A stretch of 64,000 nucleotides of DNA, taken from the NCBI GenBank assembly GCA_050257635.1, contig JBLMXG010000344.1:9190-73189 (forward strand), in the 5' to 3' direction. Made by a program: the position numbers and the translations under genes. Positions 56,811 through 64,000 of this stretch are shown here, piece by piece. Positions within the stretch are counted from its first letter, which is position 1, and each line of letters starts with the position of its first letter. Below the pieces are notes generated by a model. It saw only the letters and a program-made list of their open reading frames with translations, searched no databases and was not told where the DNA came from. The stretch comes from Chloroflexota bacterium. GTDB lineage: Bacteria > Desulfobacterota > Binatia > UBA9968.

Positions 56811-57281
56811 TCAGCTCTTGTTAATTTTTTGGCATTCAGTCAACAGGTCTTTGGGGTTGCGTTCCCCCGCCGGAGTCACCGAGGCGGCGTAGCGCACCAC
56901 GCCTTGTTTGTCGATGATAACCGTAGCGCGGTCCGTGATCCCTTTATCTTCGAGATACACGTCATACTTCTTTGCCATCTCCCCCTTGGGATGAAAATCC
57001 TGCAGCAGCGGAAACGAGATGCCGCCCAGCGATTTCGCCCAATTGTCGTGGGAGAATCTGCTGTCCACACTCACACCCAGAACCTGGGTGTCACAGGCCT
57101 TGAACTCATCCTTGAGAGCTTCGAGTCCAGGCACTTCTTTGCTTCAAGTCGGTGTCCAATCCAGGGGATAGAACACCAACATGACGTTTTTTTGCCCCTT
57201 GAACTGGCCGAGGGAAAACTTGGTTCCCGCCAAATGGCTGGCTAGTTCGAAGTCCGGCGCTGTTTTGCCGACTTCAATCAT
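56811..57281 (-). CDS. PrxQ/BCP-type peroxiredoxin with in-frame TGA (candidate selenocysteine) at the peroxidatic position
   Basis: The track shows only 56811-57134. Reading the same frame from ATG 57281 (AAGGAGGAG 8 nt upstream) gives MIEVGKTAPDFELASHLAGTKFSLGQFKGQKNVMLVFYPLDWTPT[TGA 57144-57146]SKEVPGLEALKDEFKACDTQVLGVSVDSRFSHDNWAK... The TGA replaces the Cys of the FYPxDxTPxC(T/S)KE motif. Confidence 0.7.
57097..57132 (-). promoter_or_regulatory. Candidate SECIS hairpin
   Basis: mRNA GCCUGGACUC-GAAGCUCUCAAGGAU-GAGUUCAAGGC. A 10-bp stem with one bulged A and one G-U pair, starting 11 nt 3' of the UGA, with a G-containing apical loop. Confidence 0.45.
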
Positions 57282-57307
57282 GTCGATTACTCCTCCTTAA
57301 AAAAAAT

Positions 57308-57329
57308 TGAGCGCTCGCGGGAACGCTCA
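57308..57329. promoter_or_regulatory. Inverted repeat TGAGCG-N10-CGCTCA between -10 box and RBS of the prx gene (operator or 5'-UTR hairpin)
   Basis: Plus strand has tgagcg at 57308-57313 and cgctca at 57324-57329, located between the predicted -10 (57336-57341) and the Shine-Dalgarno. Confidence 0.35.
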
Positions 57330-57335
57330 CGGAAG

Positions 57336-57363
57336 ATTATAAACGGTGTGCAGACGAATTCAA
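57336..57363 (-). promoter_or_regulatory. Sigma70-type promoter of the prx-grx operon (TTGAAT-16 nt-TATAAT)
   Basis: Minus strand has TTGAAT (57363-57358), a 16-nt spacer, then TATAAT (57341-57336), about 55 nt upstream of ATG 57281. Confidence 0.55.
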
Positions 57364-57523
57364 CGTGGCCGGGGCGAACGAACAAAAAATCGCCCGCCGA
57401 TGAGCGGAGCGCGACCGGCGAATCGGGACGATCAATGACCAAGAGCCCGACCGGGATCGATCCAACAGGGGTCGGCAACGAAAGGCGATGATTTGCAGCG
57501 TCTGCGCAGAGACGACGTGTGAT

Positions 57524-58027
57524 TTATTTTGCCGCGGCCAAAACCGCGTCGTAATTCGGCTGCTCGCCGATGTTCGGGACATACTCGACATGCTTGAGCT
57601 TGTTATCTGCACCGATGACGAATACCGCGCGCGCAAGCACGCGATCGAGCGGGCCTCCGGAAATCAAAACGCCGTAGTTCTTGCCAAAAGACGCATCGCG
57701 GTGATCGCTGGCCGTGACAACTTTGTCGACGTTGGCAGCGCCACACCAGCGTTTCTGCGCGAACGGCAGATCCATGCTAACACAAACCACTTCGACGTTG
57801 GCAAGCTTGCTCGCTTCCTCGTTGAAGCGCTTGGTTTCGAGATCGCACACAGGGGTATCGAGCGAAGGCACCGTGGCGATGATGCGGGTTTTGCCGGTGC
57901 CGCTCGCCAGTGTGTAGTCACTCAAGTCCGCGCTTTTTTGCACCTTGAAATCCGGCGCGTTTTGGCCGACTTTTACTTCATTGCCCAGCAGCGTCAACGT
58001 CGCGTCTTTAAACTTCACCGTGGCCAT
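57524..58027 (-). CDS. tpx: Thiol peroxidase Tpx
   Basis: 167 aa. ..TVPSLDTPVCDLETKRFN.. (peroxidatic Cys) and ..VVCVSMDLPFAQKRWCGA.. (resolving Cys region), classic Tpx. Confidence 0.9.
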   Translation of the reverse strand: MATVKFKDATLTLLGNEVKVGQNAPDFKVQKSADLSDYTLASGTGKTRIIATVPSLDTPVCDLETKRFNEEASKLANVEVVCVSMDLPFAQKRWCGAANVDKVVTASDHRDASFGKNYGVLISGGPLDRVLARAVFVIGADNKLKHVEYVPNIGEQPNYDAVLAAAK

Positions 58028-58132
58028 AATCTGTCCTCCTGTTTGGTAGATTTGAATTGGGTCAGACCCATCCCCTTCCTTTTAACACCTCACAAAGAAC
58101 TCGCAACCGAGAAAAATAACCGGCACCCTGAC

Positions 58133-58894
58133 TCAAGGCAGCCGGAATTCGGACCGCAACTGCTCCCAGGAAGGCAGCCGCGCTAGCCGCTGTAAAACCG
58201 TGGTGGTCGGCGGCAAGATGGGAAAGTTACGCCGGTCGATGCGGGTAATCGCATCTTGGGCGCTGAGCCACAAGCTATGGGTGACTTCTTCAGAGCGGAC
58301 TAGCGCCGTTTGGTTGATCGGCTGAGCGGCGATGTAAAAGCGCGTGTCGAAGCGCATCGAATAAATTTCCGGCGTCACCCAATGATCGAAGTAAACCGCC
58401 CGCGCGAGGTCGCAAAAAAGATTTTCCGACTGCAAAAAAACGCCGAAGTTGAGCTGCTTGCTTACGATCGCCCGGCGCTTGAGCTCGATGCGCTGTCTAG
58501 TTGGCGGATCGCGCACATCGAGTTCCTCGCCGTTTTCGTTTACGCAAAGCAGGACGCCGACTTCTTCGAATAGCTCGCGTACCACCGCCACCCAATGGCC
58601 GAGCGCTTCGCTCGCTTCGTGCTGGTTATTTTTTAAAATAATCCGTGCCTGCTCGCCGGAAAGGCCGCGGCAGCGAGCCAAAATCGACTCCGAATAGTCG
58701 GATTCATGCACCGTGCCGCCGGGAAATACATAAAAGCCGCCGAGAAAACGCATCTCTTGCGGCCGGCGCGTCAGAAGGACCTCGACACCGCCATTTCCGT
58801 CGGCGCGGACCAGCACCACGGTCGAAGCATAGCGAGGGCGAACCATCTCGTTCAAAAGAGCGAGGCGCTGCGCGCCTAGCTCCTCACCATTCAC
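58133..58894 (-). CDS. NUDIX-family hydrolase
   Basis: 253 aa. Split Nudix box FPGGTVHESD....AVVRELFEEVGVLL (REx2EExGU part clear). Confidence 0.65.
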   Translation of the reverse strand: MNGEELGAQRLALLNEMVRPRYASTVVLVRADGNGGVEVLLTRRPQEMRFLGGFYVFPGGTVHESDYSESILARCRGLSGEQARIILKNNQHEASEALGHWVAVVRELFEEVGVLLCVNENGEELDVRDPPTRQRIELKRRAIVSKQLNFGVFLQSENLFCDLARAVYFDHWVTPEIYSMRFDTRFYIAAQPINQTALVRSEEVTHSLWLSAQDAITRIDRRNFPILPPTTTVLQRLARLPSWEQLRSEFRLP

Positions 58895-58897
58895 TTT

Positions 58898-59944
58898 TTA
58901 CCGCTTGCCGATATCCCGCAGCAGTTTTTCCCATTTCTCGCTTTCCTTTTCATATTGCGATGCTGACATCCCCGCCTCCGGGTAATAGCGCTTGAAGTTG
59001 GGCTTGCTGGTCGCGCTCTCTAGGCCGAATTTATGGAGAAATTTCTGTCCATCGGGGCTTAACAGGAAATCCGCAAACAGCAATGCCGCGTGAGGATGGG
59101 GAAGGTTGGCCGGCACGGCGACGCCACCCGAGTTGGTCGGCACCAGGTCCATCGGCACCCACTTGATGGGCGCGCCCTTGGCAATCGAGACCCGCGAGTG
59201 GCTGAGAAACACCGTGGGTGAGAGACCCAATTCGCCGGAAATTACCATGTCGAGAATCGCCCGTCCCGAGACCGAGTGGAGCGTCACCTGCTGCCCTTTG
59301 AGTTTGCGGACGAATTCGGCGCCCTTGCTCGCCAGCATCGCCGCGATCACGCGCGAACCGGTGTCGCTGGTGGCAAAACCGATTTTGCCCTTGAGTTCTG
59401 GCTTCAGTAAATCTTCGAACGTCTTCGGCACTGCGCCGCCCTGAACGACGTTGGTGTTGTAGGCGAGTCCGACATAAGAGTCGCGGTCCGTGGCCCAGTA
59501 GACCATGCCCTTCTCGGTTTTTTCCTTGGCATCGTCGGGGTACTGCGCCAGATAAGGAGAGAAATACGGCGCCAGCATTTTGTATTCCTGCATGACTTTT
59601 AGCACCGGGAAAGTGGTCTCGATGCAGTCGACCAGGAACCGTTTCGCCTGGGCCTCCTGCACGACCCGCTGCATGATCGCGTCGCTGTTGCCGCGATAGA
59701 CTTCGAGCTTGATTCCCGGATATTTCGCCTCGAAGACTTTGGGTGCTTCGGTATTGGGACCGCCGGTGAGCGACGTATACCACATCAACTTCCCTTCATT
59801 TTTCGCGCCCTCGTAAAGCACCTTCTCGCGGTCGGCCTTGTTGTATGCCGCCAGCTCGGCCACAGACATAGGATTTCCCGTCTGCGCCCAACCCGATGAA
59901 GCCCAATTGAGCGTGACGAGCAGCGCCAATACCAGCACAATCAT
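58898..59944 (-). CDS. ABC transporter substrate-binding protein (family-1, Fe3+/polyamine-like), orphan
   Basis: 348 aa. Signal peptide MIVLVLALLVTLNWASSGWA. Collinear similarity to the SBP at 22445-23539 (..KLMWYTSL.., ..YRGNSD.., ..HPHAALLFADFLLSPDGQK..). Confidence 0.8.
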   Translation of the reverse strand: MIVLVLALLVTLNWASSGWAQTGNPMSVAELAAYNKADREKVLYEGAKNEGKLMWYTSLTGGPNTEAPKVFEAKYPGIKLEVYRGNSDAIMQRVVQEAQAKRFLVDCIETTFPVLKVMQEYKMLAPYFSPYLAQYPDDAKEKTEKGMVYWATDRDSYVGLAYNTNVVQGGAVPKTFEDLLKPELKGKIGFATSDTGSRVIAAMLASKGAEFVRKLKGQQVTLHSVSGRAILDMVISGELGLSPTVFLSHSRVSIAKGAPIKWVPMDLVPTNSGGVAVPANLPHPHAALLFADFLLSPDGQKFLHKFGLESATSKPNFKRYYPEAGMSASQYEKESEKWEKLLRDIGKR

Positions 59945-60047
59945 TCTGTTTTCTCCTTTGCTCGTAGGAACTGAGATTACATTAATGGATTAACATCTAC
60001 GGAACTCAGATCAAACCCGTTGTTACGTGGCCGGCAGGCCGCCCGGT

Positions 60048-61163
60048 CTAGTTTTTGGCTTGCAGAATTCGGTAAGCAGCGACGGGACGGTGAAAACCTT
60101 TGAGTGTCAGATCGCCCACGGATTCGGCCTCGACCCAATCTTCGACTTGAGTGAGCAAACGTTGCGGTACCAAGATCTCTCCGGGCTTCGCCTCGCCGCA
60201 CAAGCGCGCCGCGAGATTCGGGACGCTGCCAATCGCGCCGTACTCCCAGCGCCCTTCGTAACCGATCGCGCCGATAGTCGCGTAGCCCTGCGCGATGCCG
60301 ACGCCGAAATCGAGCTCATGGCCGAGTTTCCGCCACCTGAGCTTCAATTGTACGACGCGCTCGCGCATGGCGAGCGCCATGCGCACCGCGCGCTCCGCAG
60401 GATTGGCCACGGGCAGCGGATCGTTGAAGAAAATCAGCATACCGTCGCCCGCGAAATGCTCGAGGGTTCCTTCGCAATCCGCGATCAACTCGCCCATCGC
60501 CGCGTGATATTCGTGCAGAATATCCATCACCTCTTCCGGCTCCGCCGTCTCGGCAAAGGCGGTGAAACCGCGCAGGTCAAGATAGACCACCGTGAGATCG
60601 CGCCGATGGGTTTTGAGCGGATCGTCGGTCTCGCCGCTGACGATCAATTCGGCGAGCTGCGGCGAGAAAAATCGTTTCAGCCGTTCCAATCGTTCCAGTA
60701 GTTCCACTTGTTCCTGGACTCGACGCTCTAAAGTTTGATTCCACTCAACAAGTTGACGGGATTGATTTTGAACCGTGTCGTGCAACTCTTTGATGCGCAA
60801 TAGCGATTTGACCCGCGCCAGCAGTTCGGCCTGATGGATCGGCTTGGTGAGAAAGTCGTCGGCGCCCGCTTCGATGCCCTTGACCCGTTCTTCGGCCGGG
60901 TCGAGGGCGGTCACCATGACTACTGGAAGCATCGCCGTGGCGGCATCTTCACGAATCTTGCGGCAGACCTCGTAACCGCTCATCTCCGGCATAACCACAT
61001 CCAAAAGAACCAAATCAGGACGCTCCGCTGATATCTGTTTCAATGCATCGTGACCTGACGAAGCGGTCACAACGTTGTAACCTTTCACGGCCAACAGATC
61101 GGCGAGAAGTTTCACATTCCGCGCCGTGTCGTCAACGATGAGAATTTTTGCCGGTGAGTTCAC
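60048..61163 (-). CDS. Response regulator receiver domain fused to class III adenylate/guanylate cyclase
   Basis: 371 aa. REC (KILIVDD..DLVLLDVVMPEMSG..VMVTA), a coiled-coil linker, then the cyclase homology domain (TVVYLDLRGFTAFAE..GDGMLIFFNDP..GIAQGYATIGAIG). GTG start. Confidence 0.85.
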   Translation of the reverse strand: MNSPAKILIVDDTARNVKLLADLLAVKGYNVVTASSGHDALKQISAERPDLVLLDVVMPEMSGYEVCRKIREDAATAMLPVVMVTALDPAEERVKGIEAGADDFLTKPIHQAELLARVKSLLRIKELHDTVQNQSRQLVEWNQTLERRVQEQVELLERLERLKRFFSPQLAELIVSGETDDPLKTHRRDLTVVYLDLRGFTAFAETAEPEEVMDILHEYHAAMGELIADCEGTLEHFAGDGMLIFFNDPLPVANPAERAVRMALAMRERVVQLKLRWRKLGHELDFGVGIAQGYATIGAIGYEGRWEYGAIGSVPNLAARLCGEAKPGEILVPQRLLTQVEDWVEAESVGDLTLKGFHRPVAAYRILQAKN

Positions 61164-61220
61164 GCTTGAATGCCGTCACGAATCATCGGCGAAGGGTAAT
61201 GGATTCGGATATTGGAATTA

Positions 61221-61315
61221 CCTCTCGCCAAGTCGCCAAGTCGCAAAGTTGGGATATGAGAAATCTGAATCTTTTTATCCGTCATGACTTAGCGTCTTTG
61301 CGCCTTTGCGAGAGA
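61221..61315. repeat. Empty inverted-repeat pair (L1/R1) of the same family that flanks the GxxExxY gene; MITE/REP-like hairpin
   Basis: L1 is CCTCTCGCCAAGTCGCCAAGTCGCAAAGTT (61221-61250). R1 is ACTTAGCGTCTTTGCGCCTTTGCGAGAGA (61287-61315). The arms are largely complementary and built of NAAGNCGC octamers, with a 36-nt loop. Lies in the CheY / RR-cyclase spacer. Confidence 0.65.
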
Positions 61316-61345
61316 AACTATTATTTCCGGTCTCCTTGCTCCTCG

Positions 61346-61726
61346 CTACTTAGTACTCACTTGAAGAACCCGCTCCACTTCTCCGAGAAAATCTTTCAAG
61401 GTGATCGGCTTGGTTTGATAGCCGTCGAATCCTTCTGCGAGCATGGCTTGGCGATTGTTCGTCATCGCCGAAGCAGTGACAGCGACAATCGGGATTTTTT
61501 TCGTCTTGGCATCGGCCTTGAGCTGCTTCATCGCCGCGATCCCGTCCATACCAGGGAGCTGGATGTCCATCAAGATCAGCGCGGGCGATTGCTCCACCGC
61601 AAGCTTCAGCCCATCCTCGGCCGTTTCCGCTTCAACAGTCCGATATCCCTTCACCTGCAACACATCGCGGCAAAGCTTCCGGTTCTTCTCGTTGTCCTCG
61701 ATGATCAGAATAAGTTGGTTAGCCAT
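61346..61726 (-). CDS. Single-domain response regulator (CheY-like)
   Basis: 126 aa. ILIIEDNEKN..LILMDIQLPGMDG..VAVTASAM..K. Confidence 0.88.
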   Translation of the reverse strand: MANQLILIIEDNEKNRKLCRDVLQVKGYRTVEAETAEDGLKLAVEQSPALILMDIQLPGMDGIAAMKQLKADAKTKKIPIVAVTASAMTNNRQAMLAEGFDGYQTKPITLKDFLGEVERVLQVSTK

Positions 61727-61740
61727 AGGACTTCGGATTT

Positions 61741-62230
61741 TCCTCTCGCAAAGGCGCCAAGGCGCAAAGTTTAGAAACCTATTCGGAAAGTCGGCTCATT
61801 GCGCAACCGTGACTCAGTCGTCCTTCAGCCCATTCACTACGCGAGTGATGCCTCGTTTCATCAGAGCTTCACCGAAATTCAGTAGAAAACCAAGCTTGCA
61901 GCCGGTTAAACGCAAGTAGGTCTGAACCTGCTTTTTGTGGGCCTCGCTTATCTGTTCTACTGACTTTAGCTCCACAATCACTTGTTTGTCGACGACGATA
62001 TCGGCTCGAAATGCCTCGTCGAATCGAACGCCTCGGTATTTGATCGAAATGGGTACTTGACGCTCAACCTTGAGTCCCCTCTGCTTGAGTTCGTGCGCCA
62101 AGGCGACTTCGTAAACCGTCTCAAGGAGGCCGGGCCCCAATTCTCGGTGCACAGTCAGGCCCGAGTCGACAATTATTTTCCCGATTTCATTCTCCTTCAT
62201 AACTTAGCGCCTTAGCGCCTTTGCGGGAGA
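61741..62230. mobile_element. Candidate inverted-repeat-bounded cassette carrying the GxxExxY gene
   Basis: L2 is TCCTCTCGCAAAGGCGCCAAGGCGCAAAGTT (61741-61771). R2 is AACTTAGCGCCTTAGCGCCTTTGCGGGAGA (62201-62230). The inner 24 nt are 22/24 complementary. R2 fills the whole 36-bp gap between the cassette gene ATG and the kinase stop. No transposase present. Confidence 0.4.
61814..62200 (-). CDS. GxxExxY protein (PD-(D/E)XK nuclease-like superfamily)
   Basis: 128 aa. Eponymous motif GLLETVY within HRELGPGLLETVYEVALAHEL. ..FRADIVVDKQVIVELKSV.. (D..ExK-like core). C-terminal GFLLNFG. Confidence 0.85.
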   Translation of the reverse strand: MKENEIGKIIVDSGLTVHRELGPGLLETVYEVALAHELKQRGLKVERQVPISIKYRGVRFDEAFRADIVVDKQVIVELKSVEQISEAHKKQVQTYLRLTGCKLGFLLNFGEALMKRGITRVVNGLKDD

Positions 62231-62236
62231 TAAGTT

Positions 62237-64000
62237 TTATTTCATCGGCAGTGTAAATGTAAAAGTGCTTCCCCTGCCCACTTCGCTTTCCACCCAGATC
62301 TTGCCGCCGTGCAGTTCAACGAATCGTTTGGTTAACGCCAAGCCCAGCCCTGTGCCTTCGCGCTTTTGGGCGTAGTTGCTGCCCGCCTGGCGAAACTCCT
62401 CGAAGATTGCTTCTTGATCTTCTTTCGCGATGCCGATGCCGGTATCCACCACGGATACGATTACCGCGCTGTCGCCCAGGCTCGCCTCAACTTTGATCTG
62501 GCCACCCTCGGGTGTGAATTTCACCGCGTTAGACAAGAGATTGACCAGCACCTGTTTCACCTTGCGCTCATCACCTGTAAAGTCGCCGAGCCGATCATCG
62601 ATCGTGCGATCGAGCTTGATCCCATGCCGGCTCGCGCGTTCTCGTATCAGCAAAAGCGCATTCTCGATCGCATCGGGCAGATAGAACGTCGTAGTTTCCA
62701 ACTCCATCCGCCCTGCTTCGACTTTGGAAAGATCAAGTATGTCGTTGATCAGCGACAGCAAATGGCGGCCAGAAGAGAGAATGTCGTCTATGTACTCGGC
62801 TTGTTTCTCGTTCATATCACCGAACAACCGCTCCTGCAGCACTTCGGAAAAGCCGATGATCGCGTTCAGCGGCGTGCGCAGTTCGTGCGACATATTGGCG
62901 AGAAACTCCGACTTGTGTCGGCTGGCGATTTCGAGCTGCTTGCTTTTCGCTTCCAACTCGCGGAACAGGCGCGCGTTGTGGATCGCCAACGCCGACTGGG
63001 TCGCGAAAGTCTGCAAAAGCTTCACTACTTCCGGTTCGAACTCCCCGACTTGACGGCGCCACACTGTTAGCCCGCCCATGATCTGCTGCTCGCGCAGGAT
63101 CGGCACGGTGAGCAATGAGCGGTAACCCAAGCGATTCAGAACAGGTCTCACCCTTGAAACTCCCCGATCCTGCAACTCGAACGTATCGAGGATTTGCACC
63201 GGGGCCCGCGTGCTAGCGGCCTGGCCGGTAGCACCTTCACCCAGCCGGATGCGTGCTGTACGCAGAGCCTCCACAGCCTCCGCTTCCATGCGATGACTCG
63301 CCCGCAAGTTAAACTCCTGCACCGCCTCGTCGAATTCGTAGATAACGCCGCAATCCGTTCCTGACAATTCGACCGCCCGCGCGACAATGGTTTCGAGCAC
63401 CGTTTCCAGATCTAGCGTCGAGCTCACCGCTTGCCCAACCTCGCTCAGCGCTTTCATCTCCTCGACGGACTCCACCAACTCACGCGTCCGTTCTTGCAAC
63501 TCGTGGAACAGCCGCACGTTCTCGATGGCGATCACCGCTTGGTCCGAGAAAGTCTCAAGAAGTTTGATTTGCTTCTCGGTAAAGGGACGGACCTCAGTTC
63601 GGCGGATAACGATGGAGCCAATAGGTTCTCCCTGACGCAACAGCGGGGTGCCCAGCACCGTCCGGCTCCGAGCGACTTGCTGAAGACCTCTTGCGATAGG
63701 ATATTCCGTCTCGATCTCAGTCGTAACGTCATGCACATGAACGGTTCGTCTGTCGATCATGGCTCGGCCACCCACGAAGCCGCGGCTGATCTGCAGGGAC
63801 TCGCTCGGCACTGGAATCGAGCCGAATTTGGCTGCAAGATTGACCCGGTCATCCAGCCGACGATAAATCAGCGCATCGTTTGCATCGCAAATCCGCGCGG
63901 CATTCTCCGCAACCACATCGAGCACGGGCTGGATATCGGTCGGTGAGCTGGCGATCACCCGCAGGATCTCGCTCGTCGCCGTCTGTTGCTCCAGCGCCTC
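62237..64000 (-). CDS. Multi-GAF sensor histidine kinase (C-terminal 587 codons; gene continues past the right edge)
   Basis: Reading frame stays open to position 64000 (..[28 protein letters not shown].., the usual GAF-preceding motif, so the track start at 63958 is internal). Two GAF domains, H-box [20 protein letters not shown] boxes ..[10 protein letters not shown].. and [18 protein letters not shown]. Confidence 0.88.
   Translation of the reverse strand, partial: EALEQQTATSEILRVIASSPTDIQPVLDVVAENAARICDANDALIYRRLDDRVNLAAKFGSIPVPSESLQISRGFVGGRAMIDRRTVHVHDVTTEIETEYPIARGLQQVARSRTVLGTPLLRQGEPIGSIVIRRTEVRPFTEKQIKLLETFSDQAVIAIENVRLFHELQERTRELVESVEEMKALSEVGQAVSSTLDLETVLETIVARAVELSGTDCGVIYEFDEAVQEFNLRASHRMEAEAVEALRTARIRLGEGATGQAASTRAPVQILDTFELQDRGVSRVRPVLNRLGYRSLLTVPILREQQIMGGLTVWRRQVGEFEPEVVKLLQTFATQSALAIHNARLFRELEAKSKQLEIASRHKSEFLANMSHELRTPLNAIIGFSEVLQERLFGDMNEKQAEYIDDILSSGRHLLSLINDILDLSKVEAGRMELETTTFYLPDAIENALLLIRERASRHGIKLDRTIDDRLGDFTGDERKVKQVLVNLLSNAVKFTPEGGQIKVEASLGDSAVIVSVVDTGIGIAKEDQEAIFEEFRQAGSNYAQKREGTGLGLALTKRFVELHGGKIWVESEVGRGSTFTFTLPMK

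Overview
GC-rich bacterial chromosomal segment, probably from an uncultured Gram-negative lineage (lineage not determinable from this window). It carries about 62 protein genes, most on the minus strand. I found no rRNA, tRNA, CRISPR array, transposase or integrase.

Left end: the start of the dcw cell-division cluster. It comprises a sigma70-type promoter with MraZ boxes, mraZ, an inserted STAS gene, rsmH, ftsL and the 5' part of ftsI. Next comes a type-A RNase P RNA (rnpB) whose 5' end overlaps the stop codon of an RNase HI gene.

Middle: housekeeping and transport genes. These include two M48 peptidases, mgtE, rhomboid, livHMGF, AsmA-like, YihY, acs, an SDR, an FprA-like reductase and ispF. 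There are five intact periplasmic binding-protein genes without cognate transporters, plus one fragment. There is also a seven-gene Rieske/cytochrome b6-type operon ending in an octahaem cytochrome c and a blue-copper protein.

Right part: amidohydrolase/MFS/peptidase genes, a tpx-prx-grx oxidative-stress cluster, and a GAF-histidine kinase / CheY / response-regulator-adenylate-cyclase operon.

Most notable observations:
1. A peroxiredoxin with an in-frame TGA at the peroxidatic-Cys position and a hairpin where a SECIS would sit. It is a candidate selenoprotein that the ORF track splits.
2. The unusual composition of the Rieske/cyt b operon, including a 55-codon two-TM ORF missing from the ORF track, an APWY Qo motif and a haem-ci-type Cys.
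3. A GxxExxY (PD-(D/E)XK-like) gene bounded by about 24-30 bp inverted repeats, inserted between the kinase and CheY genes. An empty copy of the same inverted-repeat pair lies in the next intergenic spacer.
4. A family of intergenic hairpin elements built from GGAGTRAT octamers (three copies), each overlapping or abutting the stop codon of the upstream gene.
5. Local gene decay: an APC permease pseudogene with a frameshift, stop codons and deletions, plus a binding-protein fragment.

All functional calls rest on motif recognition by eye. No database search was run.
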